Source: Anaeramoeba ignava BMAN (lineage: Eukaryota; Protista; Anaeramoebae). From it: a stretch of DNA of 64,000 nt. The stretch spans positions 310,001 to 374,000 of the forward strand of contig JAPDFW010000070.1 of the NCBI GenBank assembly GCA_028826165.1, read 5' to 3'. How positions within the stretch are numbered: position 1 is the first letter of the stretch; each line of letters starts with the position of its first letter. Below are positions 39,601 through 52,035 of this stretch, in pieces. The notes under the pieces are model-generated. The model was not told where the DNA came from. It saw only the letters and a program-made list of their open reading frames with translations, and ran no database searches. A program made the position numbers and the translations under genes.

Positions 39601-42600
39601 GATGAAGTTTTTAATTATTTGAAAGATAATATTATTCATACTGAGTATGAAAAACATTTTATGTCGTTGTTGAATTCTTTGTGTGATGCTTCTTATGATA
39701 CTAGTTTAGATATTTGGTCAACTATTGATGCATTGACTACGAGAACTATTGAATTAGCAGCAAATCGGGAAGAAGATGGTTAATATTAATTTAAAATCAA
39801 AATTAAAATTTATTTATAAAATTAAAATTAAAATTTATTAAATTAAAATTAATTTAAAATTTATTTATTAAATTAAAATTTATTTATTAAATTAAAATTT
39901 ATTTAAATTAAAATTAATTTAAAATTTATTTATTAAATTAAAATTAAAATTTATTTATTTATTAAATTAAAATCAAAATTAAAATTAAAATTAAAATTTA
40001 TTTATAAAATTAAATCAAAAAAGCCCAAAGCTTATTATTCTTAATCCAAGGACAAGGAGAAAGCGATCGAATCAAAGAACTTGAAACATATGTACTTCGA
40101 CAAAAAGAAGAATTAGAAGAACTTGACAAGAACATTTCAGCAGTAGTCAAAGCAGCAACATTAAAGATGAACGAACTAACAACAATAATCAAATCAACAA
40201 CGGGATAGAATAAAAACACTTGAAGGAATGAAGAGCAGCACAGTAGTAGATGATGAGCAAGTGTTGGGACTTCAAGTGCAAGTGGAATCATTGATAAAAG
40301 AAAGAAACGAATTAGAAAAGCGTGTGAATGAACTAGAGAACAAGATGGGATTTAATGATGATGAAGGCACAAAGGTGATCATTGTTGAACTTAATGAAAG
40401 AATCATTGGGCTCAATGCACAAATTGAAGAGCAAAGACAAACCATTACTTCCCTTACTGAAGACATTGAGACTTACCAACAGACTATTCTTCTTCTTCAG
40501 GAAGAATATGAGAATGCTCAAGAACAGCTAAGAGAGCATCTTGAGGAAGATGATGAAGTTGAAAAGAAACCTCAAAGAGATTCAAAAAATATTCGTGAAC
40601 TTAAGGAACAGTTGGATAAGGCCAATAGAGAGCTTGAAGAAACAAAACAAGAATTAAAAGCAACACAAGAACTTCTTGATGAAGAGATTACTCAACCGAA
40701 AGGAAAAGTTACTGATGGAGATACTATGGGTAAGAAAGAAAAATTCATTTTGAAAATTCATTTTAAAATTAAAATTAAAATTCATTATAAAATTAAAATT
40801 AAAAATTCATTTTAAAATTAAAATTATAATTAAAATTAAAATTCAAAATTAAAATTAAAATTAAAATTAAAAATTAAAATTATAATTAAAATTAAAATTA
40901 AAATTAAAATTCAAATTAAAATTCAAAATTCATTTTAAAATTATAATTCATTTTAAAATTAAAAATTAAAATTAAAAATTCATTTTAAAAAAATTCATTT
41001 TAAAAATTATAAAGGAGACTCAGACAAGGACGAAGAAATCTTCCTCTTGAAACAACAAATAGAACAACTCAGTAACGATTGCGCTGCATTCCAAAGAGTT
41101 TTGTCAAACACAAGAACAAAATACGAAGAACAAATTGACGAATTAACAGAACAATTACAATTGTACCAGAAAGGAGACGAAAAGGTTTCAAGCATCTGGC
41201 AGAAAAGATATCAGCTTCTAGACAACGAGAAGAACGAGGAAATAAGAAAAATGGAGGAAAACATGGTTCTTCTTAAAGAGGAATACAGTTCAGAAATCAA
41301 GGAACTCAACAGCTTAGTTGCTAACCTCCAAAACGACTCGGATAACTACCAAAGAACAATCAGCATTGTGAAGGAAACATACCAGAATCAGATCTCAGAA
41401 CTTACACAGAGATTGGAGAGTAAGGCACAAATAACAAGCGAATATCGCGAACTTAAAAGTGTTGAAGCTGAAAAAGAAACACTTGAAAAAATGTTGAGTG
41501 ACTCAAAAGAGAAATACCAAGAGGAGAAGCTAATCAACGACCAGACAGTCTCTAATCTTCGACAAATTGTCCGCGACATGGAAGACGATGCTAAGAATCA
41601 ACAACAAGCATTGGATCTTCTCCACGAACGCGTTCAGGAGCTTGAGGACGACGCAACAGCATACCAACGCGCATTGATGAGCATGAAACTCGGATACGAG
41701 GAACAACTCCAACAGGCGCAGGAGGAGCTCGAGTCTCTCAGAGAAAATGCACAAATGAGCGATCAAAAAGATAGCTCGCAGATAGCTGTCAAAAGTGACA
41801 GCAAAGAGGAACTTGCAAACCTAAGGCGCCAAAATAATATGCTCATATCAAAAACAAAGGACATGGAAGCATATGAGCGTATGATGTCTTCTTTGCGGAA
41901 GGAAGTCGAAGATCTCAAGAAAGAAAGCCAGAAACACGCTGCTCGTGCAGATGAGTTTACTGAGAAGTATGCGAAGGTGAAAGAGGAGCGAGCAAAAAGC
42001 GAAGAGATATATCAGAAAGACATTACGAAGCTGAAGGCGCAATTGTCATCGTTGCAGCTCTCTAACGAAGAACGGACAGAGACAACAGGGCCGCAGAATG
42101 GAGCTCGACAACCCGACACAAAGAGGTTTATAAACCTAGAGAACAAAGTGCGGATGCTGTCAACGGAACTGGCAAACGAACGCAGTCTTGCTAAGTTGAC
42201 CCAAAACACATTGCAAAAACGATATGAATCACAAGTTGAGGTTCTTCGGTCAAAATTACAGACAGCAGAAGCACAGATGCAGGAGATCAGCCAAGAGATG
42301 CTTCGCGAGCGACGGGAGATGGAGGAGCAAATGCGGAAGATGATGGAGTCTTCACGGATGCTGAGCGGAAAAAAACAAGATCGAAGAGAGAATCTGCGAG
42401 AAATTCAGAAGGGAACTCCAGTTAAACAAGGGGAATTAAGCGATGAAATGGGGGCTCAAGAGATATCACTGATGCGACAGGGATACGAGCAGCGGATCAA
42501 GTCACTGAACACACAGCTAGCAACTTACATGGATTTAGAGAAGAAACACAAGGAGGAGATTGAGGAATTGCGACGTTCATACGAAGCGAAGATATCAGCT

Positions 42601-44196
42601 ATTTCACGATATGTAACCCCCACTGAAACCCCGTCACTTGAAACCCCGCAGGATGACAGTGACAGCACACAAACCCCTCTTAAAACATCAGGCAAATACT
42701 CAAGACCTCTTCCTAGAGGCAGGCGCACTGGCGGCGGTTTCACTGCCCAAAGAAGACAATTCGAGGACACCATCCGCAAGCTCGAAACTGAGGTCGCCGC
42801 TCTTAAACGCAAGCTCGCAGAGGCAAAGCCTGAAACAGAAGACTCCCAACAAGCTCTTGCTTTGGAGCTTTTCAGCGGCGTTGGAAACACACAGTTCGTC
42901 CCGAGAGTCTTTGAGAAGAGAAAAGAAGCAAAACCAAATCCTGATCCTTCGGTTCCAATGAAAAATCTGAATTGGAGTAGAATTTCTAACGCTCGTGTCG
43001 AAAAAACAATTTGGAATAATCTTTCAGACCAAGAAGTCCAGATAAACAAATCCGCGTTGGAAGCTGCTTTCCGCTCAACTTCCTCCGGAGAAACAACCTC
43101 CACAAAATCAGGCCAAACAACAACATCCGCTCAAACATCTCGTTCAAAATCAAAATCTCAAACAGTTACAATTTTATCCCCCAAAAGATCTGAGGCAATT
43201 GCGCTCATGTTGTCCGGACTGCAAATATCCTTCCTCGGAATCAAAGAGGCCGTTCTTTCTCTCGACGACGCGGCTCTCACTACCGACCAATTGATTCTTC
43301 TGCGCCAGAACGCACCGAAGGTTAGCGAGATTGAAGCACTTGAAGAGTTCCAGCACTTATCTCCCACACGTTTTGGAAAAGCGGAACAATTTTTCCTTCA
43401 GATCCGACACATTCCGCGCTTCTCTGCTCGTATTCAGGCCTGGATCTGCGAGCGTACATTCGCTGACAAAATCCAGAACATCTGCAGTCTTGCTGACGAT
43501 GTTATTGCAGCATGCAAAGAAATTCAGGAATCGGAAAAATTCTCTGCAGTTCTCTCCACAATCCTTGCCGTTGGAAACTACATGAACGGCGGAACTCACA
43601 AAGGTGGTGCCTATGGTTTCCGTGTCTCCACTCTTGTTAAACTCAACCAGATCCGCGGAACTGGATCTTTCCCAACACTTCTTCATTTCGTTGTCAACTT
43701 GGTCAAAACAAATCAACCCCAAAACGTCTCCTTTTCGGAACAAATTCCTCACATCTCAGGCGCAGCTAAAGCCTCAGGCAAGTTCATTTCAACAGAGGTT
43801 AACGAGATGACAAAGGATCTCAAAATTGTCGGTTTGGAAATTGAAAATTGCGCTGGCGAATCCACAGGAGAAGTGTTTAAGACCCGTATGCTTAAATTCT
43901 TTGCAAACGCCTCAAAACAACACAGGGAAATGGTCGAGAAAGTTAAGCTTATGGAAGACACGTTCAATTCAACTGCTGTTTTTTTCGGTGAAGAAATTGA
44001 AAATTCAGATCCTGCTAAATTCTTTACTGCTATTAATATCTTCATCTCTGCTTTCGACCGTATTGCTGCTGGTAAATCTCAGGAAGTTAAACCAAGATCC
44101 CAAACTAAATTCTTTAAAAAACAAGGAAATGTTGGTGTTGTTGATGGTTTGATTAATTCTTTAAAGAGTGGAAGAATTTCAAAACAATGGAATTAA
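36634..44196 (+). CDS. Diaphanous-related formin (GBD/FH3 - long coiled coil - FH2 - DAD); exons 36634-36780, 38339-38443, 38827-39778, 40024-40729 (+1 error ~40192), 41015-44196
   Basis: GBD MPPQDEL..ELGVP..KRKQM..RKWLL; FH3 LIKCLKALMNN; FH2 MKNLNWSRI and GNYMNGG..GAYGF; DAD GVVDGLINSLKSG. Confidence 0.92.
36890..38300. repeat. (AAATTATAAAT)n ~11-mer repeat filling formin intron 1; (TTAAAA)n fills intron 2 (38455-38790)
   Basis: Seen directly. Confidence 0.9.
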
Positions 44197-44314
44197 TTCA
44201 ATTTCTTTTCTTAATTTCTTTTCAATTCAATTTTTTTCAATTTTTTTAAAACAAAAACAAGAAAAACAAAAAGAATAAAATCAGTTTGATTTTTAAATTT
44301 AATTTTAATAATTT

Positions 44315-46570
44315 TTATTTGAAATCATCTTCAATCCATTCATCGTCTTCATCCTCAAAATTATCAATTCCAAGTTGCTTTTCAAGATCACTAATCTTTT
44401 TCTTAGCAACTTTGTTCACTTCTTCAAGAATCTTATTCTTCTTTTTTGCTTTTTCCAATTTTTCAATTTCACGTTCATTTTCATCAATAATAATTCTATT
44501 TTTTTCAAATAACTCTTTCTGAACAGATTCCAAATCTCTCAGAAACCCTCCATTGTTCAAGCGCTCCTTTTCGGATGTCAGGTCGGTATTCTGCCGAAAA
44601 AGATCCTCGATCTGGGAAGTGAGTTTGGTGTTCTTATTCAAGAGATCTATGTTCATCTGGGCTTGTTCCAAAAGTTGTTTCTTTTGTTCCGCTAACTTTT
44701 CCGCTTCAAGTCGAGCCTTCTCGAGCTCGCCAATTAGAATCACTGTGAGTTTCTCGGCACTCTCAAAAGCGCCTTGATCATCAACAGGGCCTTGTTCAAG
44801 CTCCTGTTCAAGACTCGCAATTTCCTTTTGTTTTTCAATTAATTCCAAATTCTTTTTTTCATTTGTTTTTGATCTTAATTGAATTTCTTCCACAAGTTCA
44901 TGATCCTCTCTCTTGATCCTTGTGTTCTGGCCAAGAAGCGCATCAATACTCTGAGACAACCGCATGTTGTCCGAGATGATTGTGCTGCTGACTGCTGGCA
45001 TTGCTTTTTCGGTTTCCTTGTTTTGGCTCTTGGAGTCGTTCTCAGCTTTCAGGTTGTGTCTCTTGGTAATTCTTTTCACAGGCATCATGGTCTGTCTTCG
45101 GCCAAGTGTACCGGCTGTGTAGCGAGGACGCCTTGTTTTTTTGACGCCCAAGTTCTCATCTCCAACTGCATGTTTTTGAGATTTTTTCGGTTTTTTGGAT
45201 TTCTTTTTGGTTGGTGATTGAAGATCTTTATTGGGATTTAATTTATTGGAATTTTTCCCCAACGGTTTATTTTGTATGCGTCTTGGCGTTACAGCACCAC
45301 TTAGAATTGCTTTATTTGTATCAGCTTTTCTTCCTCTTGAAACTAGTGTTTTTGTGTTGATTTTCAAATTTAACCGACGTTTTTGTTGTTTTTCTTGATC
45401 ATCATTTTTCTCCTCAGAAACATCAACGTTTTCTTTTGAATTTTCTTTTGAAATTTCTTTTAAATTCTCTTTCGAAGTTTCTTTTGAATTCTCTTTTAAA
45501 TTCTCTTTTGAATTTTCTTTTGAATTTTCTTTTAAATTTTTTGAGTGTTTTTGCTCTTTTAATTTTTTCCGCATCTCCTTTTTTCCCATAACACGATCAT
45601 CTTCCTTCATCTCTGCCTGAGGACTTTTCCTAGAAATCATTGGTGATCTTCCGATCATTGCTACAGATTTCATGGGTCGAGTTAGTGATCGACCTGACTT
45701 TTGTGATCTCAACCGAGATATCTGAGGTTTTGGTTTCTCTGAATCTCCTGTATCCTGGTCATGAGATGAATCTCGCCGCAGTGAATCGCCTTTGTCCTTT
45801 CCTCTCGTCTTGCTTTTTGTTTCCAGCTTCTTCCTGTCTCTCATGGGATATCGTATTTCTGTGTCAATTGCTTCGTGAGTTTTGATCTTTTTTTCTCCCC
45901 CAATTTTTCTTCTTGAGTCTATTTGAACCCCGCTTGTTTCCGCATCTTCTTTCTCTGGCTTTCTCCTTGTCTCCGTTTCTTGTGGTTTTGTCCGCTTCTT
46001 CTCTTCGGTGTCTTGTTTTTCTTCAACTGAAAAAAATCCTACTTTGCGTGATTTTTGATCTTTGTTTTTGGATCACATTTTCATTATTGATTGCAAATAA
46101 ATTCAATTGTAATTATCCAGAAAAATTAGATTCCGTTCCATTTTCCATTCGCAAATGATTATGTTTTTTATTTAATTTTTTGGATTTTTTTTAATTTCGT
46201 TATTTTCCTCAATTTTATTTTTTTTTTTCGCTTGTTTTTAAACTAATTCGGATTGTTTTTTTGTTGTTCTCTTTTTCTTCTATTTACCTTTTTCTTCGCA
46301 ATACTTTTTGAAATGCTCTTCGCAATAGAAAGACGAGTCTTCGAAATGATAAGTTTTTGGAGACAACTTAACTCCACATATTTTGCATCTTTTAATATCA
46401 AAAAAAATTATACAAAAAATTGTATGATAAGTTTTTATGTTAAAATATTTGCGCAAATATATAACTAACTTGAAGCAGGATTGATGTGCTTTGACATCTT
46501 TTATCTGCGCTTTTTCCGATGATTTAATTGGCTTTCCACAAACTGGACAACGTACTCTTCGACGAAACAT
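44315..46570 (-). CDS. LIM-domain protein with basic disordered middle and C-terminal coiled coil; exons 46570-46470, 46388-46288, 46026-44315
   Basis: CPVC..HQSCFKCKIC..YCEEH LIM motif after removing an 81-nt intron; a phase-1 intron joins it in frame to the 509-aa ORF. Confidence 0.8.
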
Positions 46571-46649
46571 TATGATTTATTTTCACAATAAAATTCTGGA
46601 TTGATTTTTCCAATGAATAATTTAATAATTTAGAATTGAGAAAAAACAA

Positions 46650-46712
46650 AAATAAATGAAAAAAATGAAAAAAATGAAAAATGAAAAAAAATGAAAAAAA
46701 TGAAAAAAATGT
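46650..46712 (-). promoter_or_regulatory. Tandem T-rich TCAY(T)n initiator-like motifs upstream of the LIM gene (same motif upstream of most genes)
   Basis: About 7 tandem TTTTTCA units; similar motifs precede ATGs at 6931, 8780, 10699, 12758, 14875, 19427, 24943, 47629, 48613, 52036 and 53617. Confidence 0.6.
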
Positions 46713-46731
46713 TTTTTTAATTTTTAATTTT

Positions 46732-47629
46732 TTATTTTTTAGTTTTGAAGTAAATTATTGTTATTATAATTGCAATAAGAATTATTATAATGCAGATTAT
46801 AATTATCTATAAAAATAAAAAGCAAAATTTAAAATTAATTTTTTTAATTTAATTTTATTTAATTTTTTTAATTTACTTTATTTGATGTTTCTCTCATTTG
46901 CATTTTTCTTAAAAGTAATCCACTTCTTCCAACATGAGAATCAGCAATTTTTAACTTAAATTTTAAATTAATAAATTTTAAATTAAAAAATTTTCAATTA
47001 AAAATCGGATAAAAAATTTTAAATTAAAAATTTACTCCATTTCTTGAGTTCTCTAAAGTTTCTCGTTGCTTACGAAGATCTTCAAGTGTTCTATTCCCAA
47101 CTTCTTCAGTCTCAATCGCAATTCTTTCAGATAATTCCAATTTTCCTGACGCTTTTAATAACTTATTTTTTGACTCAAAAAAACTTTCTTTTGACAAATC
47201 TTCCCCATCAAAATAATCAAGCTCTCCAAATAACTCATCTCTCTCATTCATTATCGAATTTGAAAAGCTTGCATTTCGGAAATCACTTTGCAGTCTTGAA
47301 AATTCAACTTCAAATTCTTTGATTTTTTGTCTTGCAAAATCTCTGTCTGATTTTTGGATATTTATAACATTCAAGCTTAATTGCTCCAACTAAATTAGGT
47401 GAAATGAATCAATTTTTTATTCATGAGATGATTTTTAATTCTTTTTGTTCATGATGTATTTTATTATATTTTTTTTTACAATTGAATGAAGTTGAGATAA
47501 TTCTTCTTGAGCTGATCTTATTTGTGATTTTCTTTCTTCTCCTGTAAATTTAATAATATTACTTATTTTTTCTTGAAGAGAAGATGATAGGTTTTGGAAT
47601 TCTTGTTGATAATCTGCGAATAAATCCAT
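46732..47629 (-). CDS. VTI1: Vti1-type Qb-SNARE; exons 47629-47480, 47389-47036, 46954-46877, 46806-46732
   Basis: Habc-like N-terminus MDLFADYQQEF..GEERKSQIR; SNARE motif RIAIETEEVG..LEDLRKQRETL; C-terminal TM in the last exon. Confidence 0.92.
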
Positions 47630-47812
47630 TTTTGGTTTTTTTAAAAAAATAAAAAAGTGAAAAAAAAAAATGAGAAAAAATGATTTTGTTTCTTTGTCAT
47701 CTTTTTATTCTTTCCTTTGCTTTTTCTTTGTCATCTTTTCCACTTTTCTGTTTTAAAAACAGATTAAAAAGGTGAAAGTAAAAAAAAATTTTTATTTTTT
47801 GTTGAATTTGAT

Positions 47813-48613
47813 TTAATTTGATTTTTGAATCATTTTTCTCCAAATAATTGTTGCATCTTTTTTTATTCCCAAATCAATAAATTTTTGAGCTTCAAGTAAA
47901 GTTTCAAATCTTTCCAAATGAGGGTTAGAATGAGGGTTATGAGAACGCAATAAAAGACAAGGTTCCAAAACATCATCTTCATTTTTATCAATAGGATTTG
48001 GGGATCTAATCCAAAAAGTATTAAGAACTTGAGGATAAATTTGGATTTTCTTTTCATTTTCTTTTAAATTTTCTTTTAAATTTTCTTTTTCATTTTCTTT
48101 TTCATTTTCATTTTCATTTAAATTTTCATTTAAATTTTCAGGGAAAAAAATTGATCCTAATTTCGTATCCCAAATACCATCTCCTTCTAATATATCTGAT
48201 ACACCTTGATCTTCCTTTTCAATTCTTCCCATCGCTTCAAACATTGTTGGATAAAAAGAAACATCCATTGATGGAGGTTTTAAACGAAAAATAAAAAGTC
48301 CGTTTTCTTTAAGTTTTTTTGCTGTTTCCAAAAGATTATTGCATTTTTCAAGTGCATCTTTCCAATCAGGTTTGAACTCGTAAATATCATGTTTTTCCGT
48401 TGTTTCAAGATGTTTTGCTTTTTGTGTGTCAAAATTGAAAATGTATTTGAATCCTTCTTTTTGTAAATAAATTTGACACCATTTTCGAAATCCTTGATGT
48501 GTGACGTGTGACAATAAATGCCCTCTTTCTCCATGACACCCTCGAATTTCTTGTTGTTTCTTTTTTTCTTCTTCAGTCATTCCTTCCCATATTAAATATA
48601 AATCAAGTACCAT
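47813..48613 (-). CDS. Hypothetical protein, 266 aa, intronless
   Basis: Open frame with ATG after an A-run and Inr-like motifs; no confident domain. Confidence 0.7.
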   Translation of the reverse strand: MVLDLYLIWEGMTEEEKKKQQEIRGCHGERGHLLSHVTHQGFRKWCQIYLQKEGFKYIFNFDTQKAKHLETTEKHDIYEFKPDWKDALEKCNNLLETAKKLKENGLFIFRLKPPSMDVSFYPTMFEAMGRIEKEDQGVSDILEGDGIWDTKLGSIFFPENLNENLNENENEKENEKENLKENLKENEKKIQIYPQVLNTFWIRSPNPIDKNEDDVLEPCLLLRSHNPHSNPHLERFETLLEAQKFIDLGIKKDATIIWRKMIQKSN

Positions 48614-48739
48614 TTTTTTTTTTTTTAAGAAAATTTAAAAAATGAAAAAATGAAAAATTAAAAAAATTTTTTCTTTTTTGATCAAAGTTAAAAAAAAATA
48701 AAATAATCCCTTAAATTTTAATTATAATTCTTCTGAAAA

Positions 48740-50100
48740 ATTTTATTTAAAATTAATCCAAAATAAATAATGAAATAAACTTAATCAAAATAAATAAAAA
48801 ATTAAATCCAAAAAATAAATAATTTTCTAAATATATTTTAATAATAAATTAATTAATAAATTTATTTAAAATTAATTGAAAATAAAAAATATTGAAATAA
48901 ACCTAATCAAAATAAATAAAAATTAAATAAAAAATTAAATAAAAATTAATTAAAAATATATAATTTTCTAAATATAATTTAATAATAAATTAATTAATAA
49001 ATTTATTTAAAATTAATCCAAAATAAAAAATATTGAAATAAACCTAATCAAAATAAATTAAAAATTAAATAAAAATTAATAAAAATTAAAAAAAATAATT
49101 TAATAATAATAATTTTTTAAAAAATATTTTAATAATAAATTAATTAATAAATTTATTTAAAATTAATCCAAAATAAAAATATTGAAATAAACCTAATCAA
49201 AATAAATTAAAAAAAATTTAAAATAAAAAAATTTAAATAAAAATTAAAAAAAAAAATAAAAATAATTTTCTAAATATAATTTTTTAATAATAATTTAATT
49301 AATAAATTTATTTAAAATTAATCTAAAATAAAAATATTTAAATAAACTTAATCAAAATAAATTAAAAATTAAATAAAAAATTAATTAAAAAATTAAAATA
49401 AAAATATATAATTTTCTAAATATATTTTAATAATAAATTAATTAATAAATTTATTTGAAATTAATTTAAAATAAAAAATAATAAAATAAACCTAATCAAA
49501 ATAAATAAAAATTAAATAAAAATTAATAAAAATTAAATAAAAATATATAATTTTCTAAATATATATTTTAATAATAAATTAATTAATAAATTTATTTAAA
49601 ATTAATCCAAAATAAAAATATATTGAAATAAACCTAATCAAAATAAATAAAAAATTAAATAAAAAATTAATTAAAAATTAAATAAAAATATATAATTTTC
49701 TAAATATATTTTAATAATAAATTAATTAATAAATTTATTTAAAATTAATCCAAAATAAAAAATATTTAAATAAACTTAATCAAAATAAATTAAAAAAATT
49801 AAATAAAAATTAAATAAAAATCAAATAAAAATATATAATTTTCTAAATATAATTTAATAATAAATTAATTAATAAATTTATTTAAAATTAATCTAAAATA
49901 AAAATATTTAAATAAACCTAATCAAAAAATAAATTAAAAATTAAATAAAAATTAATTAAAAATTAATTAAAAATATATAATTTTCTAAATATAATTTAAT
50001 AATAAATTAATTAATAAATTTATTTAAAATTAATTTAAAATAAAAAATATTTAAATAAACTTAATCAAAATAAATTAGAAATTAAATTAAAAATTAAATA
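48740..50100 (+). repeat. Satellite A (~143-bp unit, ~9-10 copies) upstream of the tRNA-Glu pseudo-copy
   Basis: ATAATAAATTAATTAATAAATTTATTTAAAATTAAT-like anchors at 48841, 48982, 49132, 49287, 49430, 49571, 49714, 49857, 49999. Confidence 0.92.
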
Positions 50101-50198
50101 AAAAATTAAAAAAGAAAATGAAAAAAAAATAATAAATAAATAAGGAGTTTTTTTAAAATAAAAAAATAAGAAAAAATAATAATAATTTATAATTTAAA

Positions 50199-50270
50199 TC
50201 GGGTATAATTACAATGGTTAGTATATGAGTCTTTCACATTCAAGATCGGGGTTCGATTCCCCATTTAAAA
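50199..50270 (+). pseudogene. tRNA-Glu(TTC) degenerate copy lacking the 3' acceptor strand
   Basis: Identical to the 60317-60388 tRNA from the D-loop through most of the T-arm, but GTACCCGAG is replaced by ATTTAAAA and the A-box is altered. Confidence 0.85.
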
Positions 50271-50319
50271 TTATATTTTTATTTTTATTTTTATTTCTTT
50301 AATCTTTTTATTATTTTAA

Positions 50320-51975
50320 ATTCATTTTATTTATTATTTCTTATTTAAATTAATTTTATTTTTTTAATATTTTTATTTCAAAAAAAAAAGTGGAATAAAT
50401 TATTATTATTATTTAAATACAAAATAAATATATTTTTAATAATATTTAATAATAAAAATATTTTAATTCAAATTATTTTAAATTTAATTTATTTATTTAT
50501 AATTTATTATTTAAATTAATTTATTTTAAAATATTTTATTTCAAAAATATTGGAATAAATTATTATTTAATTAAAAATTAATAAAAATAAAATAAAAATA
50601 TATAATTTTATTAATATATATTTAATAATAAAAATATTTAATTCAAATTGATTTAAATTCATTTTATTTATTATTTCTAATTTAAATTCATTTTATTTAT
50701 TTAATATTTTTATTTCCAAAAAGTGGAATAAATTAATTAATATTTAATTATAAAAATAAAAATATATTTTTAAAAATTAATAATAAAAATATTTAATTAA
50801 AATTAATTTAAATTAATTTTATTGAGTCTTTATTCTAAATTAAGTTTTTATTTTTAATATTTATTTCAAAAAGTGGAATAAATTATTATTATTATTATTA
50901 TTTAAATATGAAATAAATATTTTTATTAAATAAATAAATTATTAATATATTAAAAATATTTATTTCAAATTAATTTAAATTCATTTTAAATTTATTATTT
51001 TAATTTAAATTTAATTTAATTTTATTCATTTAATATTTTTATTTCAAAAAAATTAAGTGGAATAAATTATTATTATTATTTAAATATAAAATAAATATAT
51101 TTTTAATAATAATTAATAATAAAAATATTTATTTCAAATTAATTTAAATTTATTTTATTTATTATTTTTAATTTAAATTAATTTTTATTTTTAATATTTT
51201 TATTTCCAAAAAAAAAGTGGAATAAATTATTATTATTATTTAAATATAAAATAAATATATTTTTAATAATAATTAATAATAAAAATATTTATTTCAAATT
51301 GATTTAAATTTAATTTATTTATTATTTCTAATTTATTATTTAAATTTATTTTTATTTTTTAATATTTTTATTTCAAAAAAAAAGTGGAATAAATTATTAT
51401 TATTATTTAAATATAAAATAAATATATTTTTAATAATATTTAATAATAAAAATATTTATTTCAAATTAATTTAAATTAAATTTATTTATTATTTATTATT
51501 TAAATTAATTTTATTTTTTTAATATTTTTATTTCCAAAAAAAAAAGTGGAATAAATTATTATTAATATTTAATTATAAAATAAATATATTTATTTTTAAT
51601 AATAATTAATAATAAAAATATTTAATTCAAATTAATTTAAATTCATTTTATTTATTATTTATTATTTAAATTAATTTATTTTTTTAATATTTTTATTTCA
51701 AAAAGTGGAATAAATTATTATTAATATTTAATTATAAAATAAATATATTTTTAATAATATTTAATAATAAAAATATTTATTTCAAATTAATTTAAATTCA
51801 TTTTATTTATTATTTATTATTTAAATTAATTTTATTTTTATATTTTTATTTCAAAAAAAAAGTGGAATAAATTATTATTATTATTTAAATATAAAATAAA
51901 TATATTTTTAATAATAATTAATAATAAAAATATTTATTTCAAATTATTTTAAATTAATTTTATTTATTATTTTTT
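50320..51975 (+). repeat. Satellite B (~160-bp unit, ~10 copies, AAAAGTGGAATAAAT core)
   Basis: Core at approximately 50390, 50551, 50723, 50873, 51057, 51217, 51384, 51546, 51705, 51862. Confidence 0.92.
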
Positions 51976-52035
51976 ATTTTTGGATTGATTATTTTTTTTT
52001 CATTTTTTCATTTTTTTCCATTTGAATAAAAAAAA

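Noticed and set aside
40190-40210. In-frame TAG in the formin (and at 33323) as stop reassignment or programmed frameshift
   Set aside because: Both are resolved by removing one A from a CAAAT context. TAA, TAG and TGA all act as stops elsewhere, so a consensus indel is most likely.
41388-45885. Numerous short antisense or alternate-frame ORFs over the formin and LIM genes
   Set aside because: Expected shadow ORFs in GC-richer coding DNA, with no motifs.
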